The translations under genes were made by a program, and so were the position numbers. The notes beneath the pieces are model-generated. The model was not told the DNA's origin. It saw nothing but the letters and a program-made list of their open reading frames with translations, and made no database searches. A stretch of 56,899 bases of DNA, filler included, from Jimgerdemannia flammicorona (taxonomy: Eukaryota): NCBI GenBank assembly GCA_003990765.1. It is 3 parts of 3 records of this genome, joined end to end, with 100 filler letters (N's around TTAATTAATTAA, not from the genome) between each part and the next. Parts side by side here need not be neighbours in the genome. Positions count along the whole stretch, not along the records: positions 1 to 18,903 come from RBNJ01002077.1; 2 more parts are not named here. One strand, 5' to 3'. Below, in pieces: positions 1 through 12,502 of this stretch (within the stretch, counting starts at the first letter, position 1; each line of letters begins with the position of its first letter).

Positions 1-16
1 AAAAAAAAAAAAAAAA

Positions 17-1426
17 GAGTTGGGGAGTCCTCTCAGACCTCAAATATACATATATGTCATAACTAGTCCCCTCATCCACTTCTGGCCCCTTCTCTGTACT
101 CTCTCTCTTCTCATCAGTCTAGATACTTGCTTTGGCTCTCTCCATGACTGCAAGTCCACCTGTGTCCTTCTTTACCCTACTCTCTAGGTTCACCAATAAC
201 TCTCTCTGCCTCTTGCATCCTTGGAATCTTTCCCACAACCCCTTATCCACATGGATCTGCTTTCCATTTACTACCTCCAAATGTGTTGACTCTACATATA
301 CCTTCCAAGCCTTCACTCTCCACTCTATAGCACCACTCAGCTCCTCCAGTGCCTCTAACAAATCCTCTTCCTCCTTCTAACTCCTCTTTATCCTCATCAT
401 CTTACATAAGAATGCCCCCCATTCTATCACCAAAGGTCAGTCCCTGGCCTTCTCAGTAGCTTTCTTCCCTGCTAGTTGAATCTGAACATCAACATCCTCA
501 GTCCTAAATGAGGTCCCTTCCTAGACCTGGAACCCAATATCCACCACCTCTCCATACTTGGCCATGACTTCCTCAACTCTCCTCCTTGTCTCCACTGCAG
601 TCACCATGGGCACCCCTTTCACTAGAAGTTGCACCACCCTGGGGTCCTACCTTAAGCAGTATACCATCAGAACACACATCTCTCTAACAGTCAGCCCAGT
701 CTTTAGTGCCTCCTCTAACAGTCCAGTCTTCTCAAAGTCCACCTCCACCTCTTCCAATCTCTTCAGAAACTTCATGGATGCTGCTCTAGCCATCTGCTTA
801 GCAATTAGCTCCAATATCATTTTTACCATTACTGCTAAGCCCCAGAAGTACAAAGTAACCACAAACTCTGAGATTGACTTCTTGAGTAATAGGGCCACCA
901 CCAGGCCTGTTACACTATCAGCCAGATCACTAGACCTTATATCCTTCCCATATTCTGATTCACCATCAGCAGTTCCATCTAGATTTTTTTCTAGATTACT
1001 CATCATACTTCTATCAGCAGTTATCTCCTCAGCCACTACTCCACCAGTCCCACTGCTCTGGCCCTCTAGAGGGACTCTCCTCTGTTACTACTACTCTGCA
1101 GTCTTTGCTGTCTTCTTATTCCTCCTCAATTAGCCCTCCAGTCCAGTTACCATCTGCCTCTCCTTCACTGCATCTGCAAAGCTTGCTCTTCTACTTCTCT
1201 GTCCTCTAATACTGCTCCCTCCCCTTCTACATCTTCCTACCAACAGGCTCCTCATACTTCTCCCCAAGCCAGGGCCTCTCTCTACATGTTGCCAGTTGAA
1301 TGCACTTGGATCTCTCTGCCCAGTATATATCTCAGAATACTCATCAGTCACTATGCTTCTAGTATCTTTCTCTAAAAACTATGTTATAAGTATTGCCAGA
1401 AGGTTGTGTAATCTGAATATTACTAG
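17..1426 (-). mobile_element. LINE copy L1 (L1/Tx1-like): 5' UTR plus decayed ORF1, 3' part missing at contig end
   Basis: ORF fragments 1130-1351, 647-1036 and 119-361 (AFNWQHVERG, SFADAVK, KKSISEFVVTLYF, LLEALEELSGAIE) match ORF1 of the LINE at 38002-43768; the 5' end resembles the ACYRGTAACATT(C)RGGTRACACAAGAC start of the other copies. Confidence 0.85.
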
Positions 1427-1489
1427 AGAAAGATGAGTAGAATATATCATTGTATATCTCAGCCAAGGAATCTGAAGAGTAGAAAAAAA

Positions 1490-2945
1490 TATGAATCCTA
1501 TAAGTTAGAATGTCTCATAGTCATCTGAACTATAGAAAAGTTTTACTACTATCTTATCAGAAGATACTTTACTATCCAAATGGACCATTCAGCTCTCACC
1601 TAGCTACTGACTACTGGATAATCTAAAGGAATCTATGCTAGATAGATTATGAAGCTGCAAGCCTATTATATAACTATCATGTACTCTCCTGAAAGAACTA
1701 ATGCTAATGCAGATGCCCTTTCATAGATACTCTAAAGGATTCTCAACCAATAAACCAATCATAAATAAGAAGCTCTACTACAGAATTATCACCTATCTGA
1801 GACAGTAAAAGATATCCCAATATCTGAAAGAATGGACACAAATGATTATCAAAACAATTCAAAACTGATAGAGAAATATTAAAGAAAGAAAAGCTACTAG
1901 TTATACCTAAATACAAGAAGGAGCAAGTAATGAAATCAGTATACAAACTTAGTTATCTAGGAGAAACAAACATCTATAATAAGACAAGAAGAACAATGTG
2001 GTGACCAGAAATAGAGAAAGAAATCAGGTAATTTATCAAGACCTGTGACAAATGCCAAAAATAGAAACAAGATCAATAAAATCAGATTCCAGAATCAGTA
2101 TACATAGAACTAATATCCTTTACCCACATAGCAATAAATATGTATAATTAGCTCTCTATCCTTGACTTTGACTAGTAACTGATATATCATTATCATTGTA
2201 GACTTTTTATGAAATAGATAGAGGCAGAACTACTCAAAGAAGTTAATATATAGTTAATTGCTAATTTCTTCTACAAAGTAATCATCTACTGATTCAAGAC
2301 CCCAATATAAGTAATTATAGACAGAGGAACAGAATTTTTAAACTAATTCTTTGAGGTTCTCTATAAGAAGTACAAGATCTAGTATATTCAGACTATAGCT
2401 TATTACTCTCAGGGAAATAGATAAGCAGAAAGGACAAATAAAACTCTCAAGAACATTATTACCGAGATCTGTAATAACTATAAAAACTGAGACCACTATC
2501 TGCCAATAGTATTATCTGCTCTTTGAGATATCTAATTATAAAGTACCCATTTTATCTCTTAAGAAATACTACTTAGAGAAGAAATTTCTCAAGAAATCTT
2601 ATTGTCTAATAAAGATACTATATGGAAATGTATAAATATAGAGATATAGAGACTATACCAAATCAGAAAGAAGGCTGAGAATTATATAACTAAGATACAG
2701 ATACTATAATAGAATAATGCAGAAAAGATTACAAGCTCTTAGAGATTATCAAAATAAAAGACAAAGTCTTAATATATTGGAATATAATAGAAGCTTCAGA
2801 GTTACAAAAACTGGAGCCTAAGTAAAAAGAATCTTACCTGGTGCAAAATATAAAAGAAACTATCTTTTGGCTATAAAAATTCTCAGGCATAATCATCTCT
2901 ACTACTATTTATCAAAACTGACTTAAGAAATATTATAACTAGCTA
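1490..2945 (+). pseudogene. pol: Ty3/Gypsy family D pol remnant (RNase H C-terminus and integrase)
   Basis: Manual translation with many stops gives DHSALT*L..KGIYAR*IMKLQ..TNANADALS (RNase H end), an H/C zinc-finger remnant (TCDKCQK), and an integrase core with IIIIVDF, DRGTEF and AERTNKTLK. Confidence 0.85.
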
Positions 2946-2952
2946 GTAAAGT

Positions 2953-3438
2953 AATACCATTGCCCTCAATATTACCAGCACTATATAATAAGCCATAGAA
3001 AGACAGTGGTGTTTCACTGTGCTACTAACTATAGAGGAATTCTTCAATAGTATCCAAAGTATAGTGCAGATATACTTGTTACAAATTTCACATTTCAAGG
3101 TCTATCAGAACTGAACTGAGTTTCAGGAATATATCAAGTTTGGGCAGCTACTCTACTCAAAGTCAGAATTAGAAAAAGAAGATTGGATCATAGAGTGTTA
3201 GCTCTTCTATACTCAGATTACTATTACTAAAAAAGTGTATAAGTTATTCAGAGAAGATAAAACAGCTCTAGTTCATTTTTAAGGAGTAGCTCTAGGAGAC
3301 TTTAGATATATCAAGAGATAGTACTAAGAGAATATAATGGTACAAATTGTACAGCACAAAGAGATTCAATTGATCAAGGTTTGAGAGTTTGGATAGAATA
3401 TTTTAGAGATAAATTACCTATTCATGAGAATGTTATAA
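2953..3438 (+). pseudogene. Family D 3' accessory ORF of unknown function (decayed)
   Basis: One frame directly after integrase: NITSTI**AIERQWCFTVL...QEYIKFGQLLYS...QITITKKVYKLFREDKTALVHF*GV; similar to accessory ORFs in families A, B, E and F. Confidence 0.6.
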
Positions 3439-3880
3439 CAGTTAATCTGAATTAGAAATATAAATCAGAAGAATAGACATTTAATTATGATATCTAAATC
3501 CAATTCTCAAATATAGCTTAGCCATATAAATAGCAGTCATATTTTGCAAATATGGAAAACTTTAGCAACTACTAAAGATTCTGCAGATATTAAAAAGATT
3601 CAATACTTATAAAAAATAACTTACAGAAAACATAGTCATAACTTAGCCACCTTATAACTAACAAACTTGTATAAATATCTCCAATATCTAGAGTGAATAA
3701 ACCTCAGGTTGAAATAGTTAAAAAATAAAGAGAAAGTAAGAGAACTAGTAAGTCTGTAGAGAGATATACTTCAAACTCATCTACTCCTACATTCTGAGAA
3801 CTCTGTAGAGTCAAAGAAGATCAGTTTTCAAGATATAGAAATCTGACATACTTATATAGTTATATATCTATTATATTACT
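3431..3880 (+). repeat. Probable 3' LTR of family D (right boundary approximate)
   Basis: Starts TGTTA after the accessory ORF; homologous in reverse orientation to about 49165-49617; contains TATAAATA...GAGTGAATAAACCTCAG. Confidence 0.55.
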
Positions 3881-4255
3881 TTAGTTATTTTACTACTTAT
3901 ATAATTACTAAAAAAGAGATATTGAAGGACTATTTTTATATATTTTATAATCTATCATTATATTTATTAAATTATATTCAGAATCTTATATTTTATTTAT
4001 AGAAAATACTTTTTAGAGAAATATTCTTATAAAAAATATTCTTTGAGCAATTTCTTGAACTATGTAACAAATCTATTATAGTGTTTAAATTAGTAATCTA
4101 TCTTATAGATAAGACTAAAACAGATAATACTAATAAGATAATAGTATTATAGAGACTCTTATAAGATTATTATATAGTAGTCTATGAGATTTAAGATAAT
4201 GAAAATGATAGAAGTCAAAATATAATAAAACTATATATTAATAGAATTAATATAT

Positions 4256-5532
4256 TGTAATGTGCCTGGCTCAATAGAGGTATATTATAAGATTGAGGAT
4301 TGATATAGTTTGGCTTGAGCCACTAGTTACTTTGTTAAAAGCAATAAAATGTTCTTGGTGTTTAGTAGTATAATAGTCAAAACTAGATATCTGTGAGCAA
4401 TTTGTGTGTTAATTTCCTTATTGGGATGGTTCTCTGAGTATAGTACTGATTTGTGTGTATATGGTATAGCAATCTTCAAAAGTGTGTGATTTCTGCATGA
4501 TGATCTTATGTAGTGTAGCAGGTTTCTTATACAATTTCTGCATGATGATCTTGTGTAGCTCAATGATCTCTAAAAGTATGTAATTTCTGGTATAATAATC
4601 TTGGTAGACTTCTTCTCAATTTGGTGTGGATTCTCCTAAATTGGTAGACTTCTTGAATGTCACAGATTCTTCTGAATTGGCTCACTGAGAATTGTACTAG
4701 TGGCAGGTTCTCTGAATTGGGCTCACTGGGAATAAACTAATTACTCAGATAGTATGGATAACTCAGATGTCACAGATTCTTCCTGAATTAGTGATTTACT
4801 AGAAATGAAGGATGGTGCAGATTTTTTTTGAATTAGTGACTTACTGGGAATAATAACTGATGGTAGATAACTCAATAATTCAGATTCTTGACAAAGTTAT
4901 ATCAAAGACTGACTTCATTTGTGCAAATGGATTACTGCAAAGTTGTATCAAGAGACTGGCTTATGGCAAGATTCCTTAAGGTGGGCTCTCTGGGAATGCA
5001 GATAACTTAGAAAAGGCAGTGAAGTTCTTCCTTGAACTTGGGCAGCAAACTCAGCTTATCTGGCAAGTGAACCAAAAATAGACTTGTTCTTTGTATCAGA
5101 AAGTAGACCAGAGTGGGAAAAGGTAAAGCTCACAATCTCCTAGCAGTGGCTATAGAGTGGGCATTTCTCTTAAGTATTACAATCCTTTCTGGATCAAGTG
5201 GCTTTTGGCAGACATATCTCTTGAAGTGTAATAGGCAGACTTGTCTTTTGCTTTGAATTTGGACTTTTCAGACTGAGGTTTATTCACTCTTGTCTCTGGG
5301 GTATTTTATATATTGTAATTACTATCTGGTTGCTATATGGCTAACTATAGATTTGCTACTTATGGCAAGTATACTGGTTCAGCACAGATGTGCAGGTCCT
5401 ATACAGATATATCTTATCTGGTAGTCTGGCTATTTATACAGTTTTCTGCAGCAATGGTTGCTGTGTCTGATTACTATAATTCATATCATCTGGCTAAGTT
5501 ATAATTCAGGTGGTATGTTTTGGTTTGTCACA
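4256..5532 (-). repeat. 3' LTR of A1
   Basis: Termini TGTAATG...TGTCACA on +; aligns with 13070-14421 and with 50161-51219 (reverse); internal imperfect tandem repeats at about 4480-4850. Confidence 0.92.
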
Positions 5533-5546
5533 TCAGCCCCCACTAA
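5533..5546 (-). promoter_or_regulatory. Polypurine-tract-like site of A1
   Basis: Minus strand TTTAGTGGGGGCTGA immediately precedes the TG of the 3' LTR. Confidence 0.65.
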
Positions 5547-5585
5547 AGGATGGCCTGTCCTCAGACTGTTCTTTAGTCATCATTT

Positions 5586-6060
5586 CAGTGTGGGTAAGTA
5601 TCTTCTGCATCAATACCTGTTTCATCATCTTCATCATCTGTGCCATAGTTGCTCTATTCCAAGAGTTCTTCTTCTTCTTCTGGGAATAGAATTTCAACAG
5701 CATTGATAATGCTCAGGTAGGTGGCCAGATTCATTCTTCATATGTCACACCAGGGGAATTGTGCTTGTAATAAGGCTGCAGGGTTACATTTATAAAGAGT
5801 GTAGAGCCTATCTGCAGCAGTGACATCTCTTCTTAATAGTCCTGTAGTATTTCTGATATATGTTTATTCTGAGGCTAGAAGGTTCTGCAATTGTTCTCCA
5901 ATTGCATAGTGGGTCTGAAGTTGATGGATCTGTAACAATCATATAATCAGGACAAGATTCTCTTGATAAATCTGAATTCTCTGAAGAGTATTCCCATTGA
6001 CTTCTTAGAATTGGGATAGGGGAACTGGTAGTGATGTAGTTGTCAACTCTCTGATTTATA
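5586..6060 (-). pseudogene. Family A 3' accessory ORF of unknown function (decayed)
   Basis: Single frame after the integrase end: ...QIHQLQTHYAIGEQLQNLL...RRDVTAADRLYTLYKCNPAALLQA...RMNLATYLSII...EEEEELLE*SNYGTDDEDDE; the internal stops are TAA/TAG/TGA, each one C>T change from CAA/CAG/CGA. Confidence 0.6.
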
Positions 6061-8420
6061 ATATAGGAAAAGATATATCTTAAGGCAATTAATATGTACT
6101 GTTGTCCTCAGGGTTCATCCATCAATACCTCTTAAATAGATACTGATTCCTCTAATGTTGTACACAAGATAAGATCCTTTCCATTTGGGCTCTAATTTGG
6201 CAGCAAAGTTTATTTCAATCATACTTCTCCAAACTAGTACTTGATCTCTAATCTTGATCTTCTGGTTCTTCTGTTTCTGGTTATAGTACTTCTTTTGTCT
6301 TTCTTAGGCTTTGGTACTCTGAACTTGGGCCTGATTACATAACTGTTCTGCCTTCTTGAGAAGGTCTCTAAGATTCGTAAGATCAGTAGTTCTGGTTTTC
6401 TTAGCAAACATCATTTCAAATAACTTTTGTTTGGTGGAGGTAGCAGGGGTGTTCTGAATTTCCCATAGAATCTCAGATAAGCAGAGGTCTCAGTTGATAG
6501 AATTGACTCAGGCAAGTTCTTTCTTGATGGTTTAGTTTATTCTTTCTGTCATACCATTAGTCTGAGAGTGATATGATATGGTCTGTTTGAGGTGGATCTT
6601 GTGAATTTGGGTATAACTTGTAATTATGTTGTTGACAAATTCTGTGCCTTGGTCAGAGATAAGTTCTTCTGGGGGTCCATATCTGAGTAAGAGTCCATGG
6701 AGAAGATCTACAATAGTTAAGGCATCTGCGATTTCCATTGAGAAAGCCTTGGGCCACTTAGTCAGATGTTCTACAAATATAAGGATATATTTGTTTCTTC
6801 TTAGTATAACTGGTAGGGGTCTGATTACATCTACTCCCTATCTGTGAAAGATATTGTCTAGTGGTATAATTAGTTATAGTGGTACTTGGTAGTTCTTTCT
6901 TCCTTGGTACTTCTGGTAGGTATCACACTTCTTAAGTATGTCCCAGACTTGTGTTCTGAGATTGGGCCAATATTGGTGTGTTATTTGCAACTTTTCTTCT
7001 ATGTTTGCTTGTCCTTGGTGGGCTTTCTGATGTTCTTTCCAGATGAGATCTTCTTGTGCCTTAATGGTCTGAGAACCTTCCTTTAGGGTATAGTTTCTTG
7101 GGACAACCTTCTTCTAGTTTATTGGGGCTGGTGGGAAAGTATATTAATATTGTTATGGACTTTCTCTACTTTGTGGATGATGGTGATTTTGTAATCCTGA
7201 AGGATAAGGATCCAGTAGGCTAGAATTCTGGTGGGTTCCTTATGATTGAATAGCTATTTGAGGGCTACATGGTCTGTAATCAGGGTAAACCTTTTTCTGA
7301 TGAAGTAATACTTAAACAGAGTAACTGCTCATATGACTGTAAGGCATTTCAGTTTGGTGCTACCATAGTTCATCTGCTGCTGATTGGTAGCTTGGCTTAC
7401 ATAAGCTATTATATAGTATTGTTGGTCAGATTCTTCTTGGGCTAGAACTACTCCTAGGCCATCTTTGGAAGCATCTATATATAAGATGAATGACTTCTGT
7501 AGATTGGAGCACACAAGGATTAGTGCTATGGTCATGTGGTTTTTGAGTTCTTTGAAGTGATTTTGTCCATTTATAAGGTACTCCTTTCTTGAGAAGAACT
7601 TGGATTGAGACAGCAATTTGGGCAAAGTCCTTGTTAAACCTTCTGTAGTAAGATACTAGCATTAGGAATGATAGTGTTTCCTTCAGAGTCTTGGGTACTG
7701 GCCAATTGTTGATCTTCTCAGTTTTCTTTAGGTCTGCATGGATTCCTTCTTTTGAAACTATGAATCTAAGGAATTCAAGTTTCTATTTCCCAAAGTAGTA
7801 TTTCTTTGCATTGAGTCTCAGATGGTTCTTGCAGGTGAGCTTGAAGAATTCCTCCAAGTGGTGCAGGTGTTCTTCAAAGTTTGCTGAATAGATATTGGAA
7901 TCATCCATATATACAATCAGGTAGTAGTAGATTAAGGGGGTATAGACTGAATTCATCATCCTCTGAAAGATGGGGGGTATATTACAAAGTCCAAAGGGCA
8001 TTTGGAGGTATTCAAACAGTTTTCCTAGAGTAAGGAAGGCTGTCTTTTGAATGTCTTTGGGGTCTATAGAGATCTTATAGAATTCTGCAAAAAGGTCCAT
8101 ACTGCTGAAGTATCTGGTATCTTACAACTGATCCAAAAGGTCATTGATTCTAGGCAAAGAATAGGCATTCTTTTCAGTGACTGAATTGAGTTTCCTGTAA
8201 TCTACATAGTCTCCATCCTTCTTTCTTTGGTACAATAAGTATAGGGCTGGCCCTGGGGCTAATAGAGAGTTGGATGACTCCATTGTCTAAGAGTTCTTAA
8301 ATGCACTCCTTTTTGAATGTTTTTAAGTAGTGGGGTATACTATAGGGTTTCTGCCAAATGGGTGTTGTATTTTCTATATTTATACTATAGTGATATAATG
8401 GGTTGTATGGCAGATTTCCA
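6043..8420 (-). pseudogene. pol: A1 reverse transcriptase, RNase H and integrase (pseudogenised)
   Basis: KTAFLT..MPFGLCN..FQRMMN..YMDD (7783-8100); LYIDASKDGLG (7329-7625); ISDQGTEF..QTNGMTERIN (6532-6738); C-terminal TLRTTVHINCLKIY; no chromodomain seen. Confidence 0.93.
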
Positions 8421-8934
8421 TAATCAGTAGTGAAGATATCTTGATATTTGTTGAGGAGTTCTACTAGTTGTTGCTATTGTTGGAATATTAATTCTTCTCC
8501 AATTTTAGTGGAAGGCTTCACTGTCTCCTGGGTCACAGTGGAGCCTTTCCTTTTTTCTGGGACCTTTTGCCATTTCCCAATAAGTTTAGTTCATAAATTT
8601 CTCTATGAGTTCAGTTGAGAAAAGGCACCAGATGTCCTATGATAGTTCCTTTTGGCAAGATGATAGTTTCCCAACTTTGGTTGGTTGCTTGGGAATGTAC
8701 TGGGTTCATCTTATCAGGGAATGTGTGTCCTTCTATATCCAGGTATGGGATATCTTCATTGAGTTCAAAGAAAAGATTTCTGGGGTCGGGTGGTGCAAAG
8801 ATGTCAAAGGTGGTTTGTTCTCCAGGCTCCAGGATGAGATTCTTGTGCAGTTTGACTGATTGGTAGTATACCTTCTGGGGGATATTCTTCTTGAGGTGGT
8901 TGACTTGAAGGAGATGTACTTCCTTCTCGTCTGA

Positions 8935-9345
8935 ACTTCCAAATCCTTTGACTTGTCTTGTTCCTTCAGTCAATTCAGAGACTTCTTGTAATTGTGAGTT
9001 CTTGACCTTCATGAAGACTGCTTGAGCAATCTTCTGTCCTCTAATGATTTGGTGCCATTCTGTACTATTGTTGTATAGGATGATCTTGATTTCACCTGTG
9101 TATTCTGGGTCAATAGTTCCTCTTTCTACAGTTATTCCCTGTCTGGTAAGTCCAGACCTTGAGATTAGTTAGATGTAAGCTCCTTGGGGTGGCTGTATGG
9201 CTAGTCTGGTTCTGATCATGAATGTTTTTCCAGGCTTTATAGATTCATCTTCCTGACTGTGAAGATCATATCCTATATCTTCTGAGTGTACTTTGGTTGG
9301 GGGTTTGGCCTTGGGATGTAGTAGGGCATACTGGGCAACATCCTT
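8935..9345 (-). pseudogene. dut: dUTPase domain within A1 pol (between protease and RT)
   Basis: All five trimeric dUTPase motifs in one frame: IGYDL, SRSGL, GTIDPEYTGEI, KIAQ, RQVKGFGSS; one in-frame stop. Confidence 0.9.
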
Positions 9346-10679
9346 ACTGAGTTTGGGCTATCCTTGGGCTGAGGTTCTGCTAGCAGAGAGCCTCCAGGCT
9401 CTGAGATTGAGGTGTGGCTATCTGGCTACAGTAGAGGGGTCTCAGAGATAGTTGATTCCTCTTCTTTCTATAGGGTCCAGGGCTTCCATGAAGTTGGTGG
9501 CATCCTCTATCTATCTTTGGCAGAATGTATGTCTGATGAGAGCTAAGATGTCTTCTTCTAGATCATAGATCTTGAGAATCCTTCTTCCTGGCTTCTTGGT
9601 CTGGCTTTTCCAGATCTGACCTCTGTTATCTCCTCTCTTCAAGGTATAGATTGCAACATCATGAGTAAGGTGAATCTTCTGATGTTTGCAGTCTTGGTAG
9701 TCTGAGTGTCTTCTATGATTACAATATTCCATTACTTGGAAATAATATTCCTGGTTATTGATTTCTTGTTGTCTTGGGAATTGGTATCCATCTTGGTCAT
9801 AAGTTGGGGGAAGAGTAGATAAGGGGTATATTTCTATTTAGGTGAAGAGACCTTGTCCTCTGAATTGACTTTGCAACTTGGTGGTAACTTCTTAGAAGGT
9901 AGTGATAGTACAACTGTATTTGGGGGTTCTGGTCTCTGGAGTCTCTGTCTCTCCTATTAGTCTAGTAGATGACACTGATAGCAGTAGTCTTGGAGAGAGT
10001 GGAAAACCATTTGGTATGAACATCTGCCTAGCCAAAATGCCGTCTCTTGGTAAGTTTCTTTCTTGGGAATAATGGAGATTGTGCTGGGTCCTTCTTCTAT
10101 ATTCCAAGGATCATTGTCTTCAGATGGTATCCAGTGAGAGTCATCCTAGGGAATAAGTTCAGGGATCTCTTCTCCTTCAGATACTTCTTGTTCAGAAACT
10201 TCTTGGTCAGGAGCTTCTTCTTCCTCAAATGATTCTTGATCCCAAATTGCTTGTACTTCTGCAGCTTCAGCTGCAGGTGTTTCTGGAACATATCTGCATT
10301 TCTTCTTCTTCTTTCTGCACTCTGGGCAGGCTGTGCCAGTCGAATTCCTTGTTTCAATAATCTTGGAGGAGTGCTCAGGGCACTTGTGTCTCTTGAGGCA
10401 GGTAGGGCATCCTTTGATTTCTCCTGCAATGGCTCCAATAGTAATGGGGATGGTATTCTTGACCTATACATTGTATTCTGGCCTATCATTCACTAGGTTG
10501 ATCTGGGGATTAAGTCTGGGATCATTTCCATCTTTGGATTCTTCTTCCTCTTCTATAATAGATTCTTTGCTACTGATATATTCTTCCTAGATAGTGATCT
10601 TCTTCTTCTTCTTTGATTACTCATAGCTGGTCACCTTAATGTACTTCTTGCCTTGATAGTCAAACTTGAGTACTTATTG

Positions 10680-10960
10680 ACCAATATCAACAACTGCATT
10701 CATTTCCTTCATCCAGTTGGTGCCAAGAATCATGTTATAGATGATAGCTTCAGTGACAACAGCTTTCAGGATGGAGAATTGAATGTGTCCAAGAGAGATA
10801 GTGATGTTTTGTACTTCTCCAAGGGGTTGAGTTTGGGCTCCATCTGCTACTATGATGCTGAGGTTGGATGGTCCATCAATGGGCCATTGGAGGGTATCCA
10901 GGAATCATTTGGCAATAACACAGATAGCTGCTCTTATATCTATGAGGATTTTCACCTTTT
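10680..10960 (-). pseudogene. A1 retropepsin-type aspartic protease
   Basis: ILIDIRAAICVI (decayed D[TS]GA motif)...IIVADGAQTQPLGEV...MILGTNWM. Confidence 0.75.
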
Positions 10961-11589
10961 GTCCTCTAATATCTCTATATAAATAGGTGCTGACATGTCT
11001 TTCTGCAGCCTGAATAGGTGTGGGGGCTAGCTCTTGCTGTGGGATGAGAACTTTGCCAGTGCTAGACCTAGTGGTTCTCAGTAATTTATTTCAGACTCCA
11101 GCTAGTATTAGTTGCAGAAACTGCAGAAGGGGAATCTCAATCTTGACTTCTTGAATCTTCTGCCAGGCTTTTTTGTAGATATCTCTAGGCATGGTCTTTG
11201 GGGTATACTTCTTTTTAGGCTTTAGAGTAGCAGGCTCTCATTCTTCTTATTCCATTTCTTCATCTTCTGGTGGCAACTCATTTATCTCAGGAACAAAAGG
11301 TGAGAGAGTCTGGAGAGGTGTTTCTACTTGCTTCTCTTTATGCTCTTCATCTTCTTTCTGAATAATTCTTCTGCTAATATTCCTGGATGGCCTTCTTATG
11401 GGTCTCTTCTACTTCTCTGCTGGGTAGACTATTTTTCAGGTAGTAACCTTGATAGGGTACAAGTCTAGATCACTGTAGTCTTCACTGTTGCTTGCTTCCT
11501 CAAAATCTTCAACAGGATGAGCTTCAGTCTTCTTGTACTGAGTGTCATTCCTTCAGTTTGATGGTTCTGAGTCCCTTCAGTTACTTCTT

Positions 11590-12502
11590 TTACTATTATA
11601 TTTAGTGATATAGTGTCCAAATTATCTATAGTGAAAGCATTGGACTTGGGCTCTGTCTCAGACAGGGTATCTTCTTTCTTCTTACTGATAGTTTCTGTTA
11701 TCTCTTGGTGGGTAACCTTGGCTTCTTTGTGGAGAGTATCCTCTATTATGTATCTTGATAACTCCAGTTTTCATATATGGTAAGTTTTTCAATCTATCCA
11801 ACCAATTGGTCTAACTTGGAGCTGAGGTCTTGGATTTCACTTCTATTCTTCTTTCCTTCTTTAGCTGGCCTTCTTTCTTCAGATCTCTCTTATCCTTAGA
11901 GGAGTCCTTGTAGGGCTTTGACCAGGATGTCTTTCTTATCATCCTTCTTATCATAGTCACTCTAGGTAGTCTCTTATCTGACATCAAAGAATCCTTGGAC
12001 TACATCAATTGCTCTTCAGACCTTCTTATGCTTAGGGTGCAGACATGCTGAGTAATGTTTAGGAGAATCCTATTTATGAATATCATTAGACCTATGATGT
12101 TCTGATTGGTGGCATTGAACCCAGTGATATGCATTCTCTTCTGGATTCTTGTAAAGAAGGCTCTGGGTGATTCTCCAAGATTCATCTTCATCTCCATGAT
12201 AGATTCTTGAGCCTTGTGGTGGGTTTCATTTTCTGCATATTTTTTGATGAGCCAGTGGACCATAGCTATATATTCTAGCTCATAAGATGCTGCTGCTTAT
12301 TTCTGTCTTGCCAGTTCTGAATGTGGATCATTTACTATTTGGTGGAAATTCCTCTAACTGGTTCTCTGAGCTGGACCTTATAGATAGTGATTTTTCTTTT
12401 ATCTGAGAGATTTCTCAGGGCTGCAATTTCTTCCATTCTATCAAGGAATTCTCTGGGGTCTTTCTCCAGATATCTTGCAAAAGTTGGCAGTGAGGTGGTC
12501 AT
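11590..12502 (-). pseudogene. gag: A1 gag (capsid-like region and CCHC knuckle remnant)
   Basis: MTTSLPTF..DPREFLDRMEEIA, MKMNLGESPRAFFTRI (major-homology-like region), QCFHYR*FGHYITKY at about 11600-11650. Confidence 0.75.

Noticed and set aside
1..16. Terminal poly(A) and poly(T) (56874-56899) as telomere or transcript ends
   Set aside because: Contig breaks at homopolymers, probably tails of unassembled LINE insertions; cannot be supported further
4327..4563. Short ORFs repeated in both A1 LTRs (also 13140-13361)
   Set aside because: Antisense or incidental frames over tandem repeats; no recognisable domain and not evidently preserved in A2
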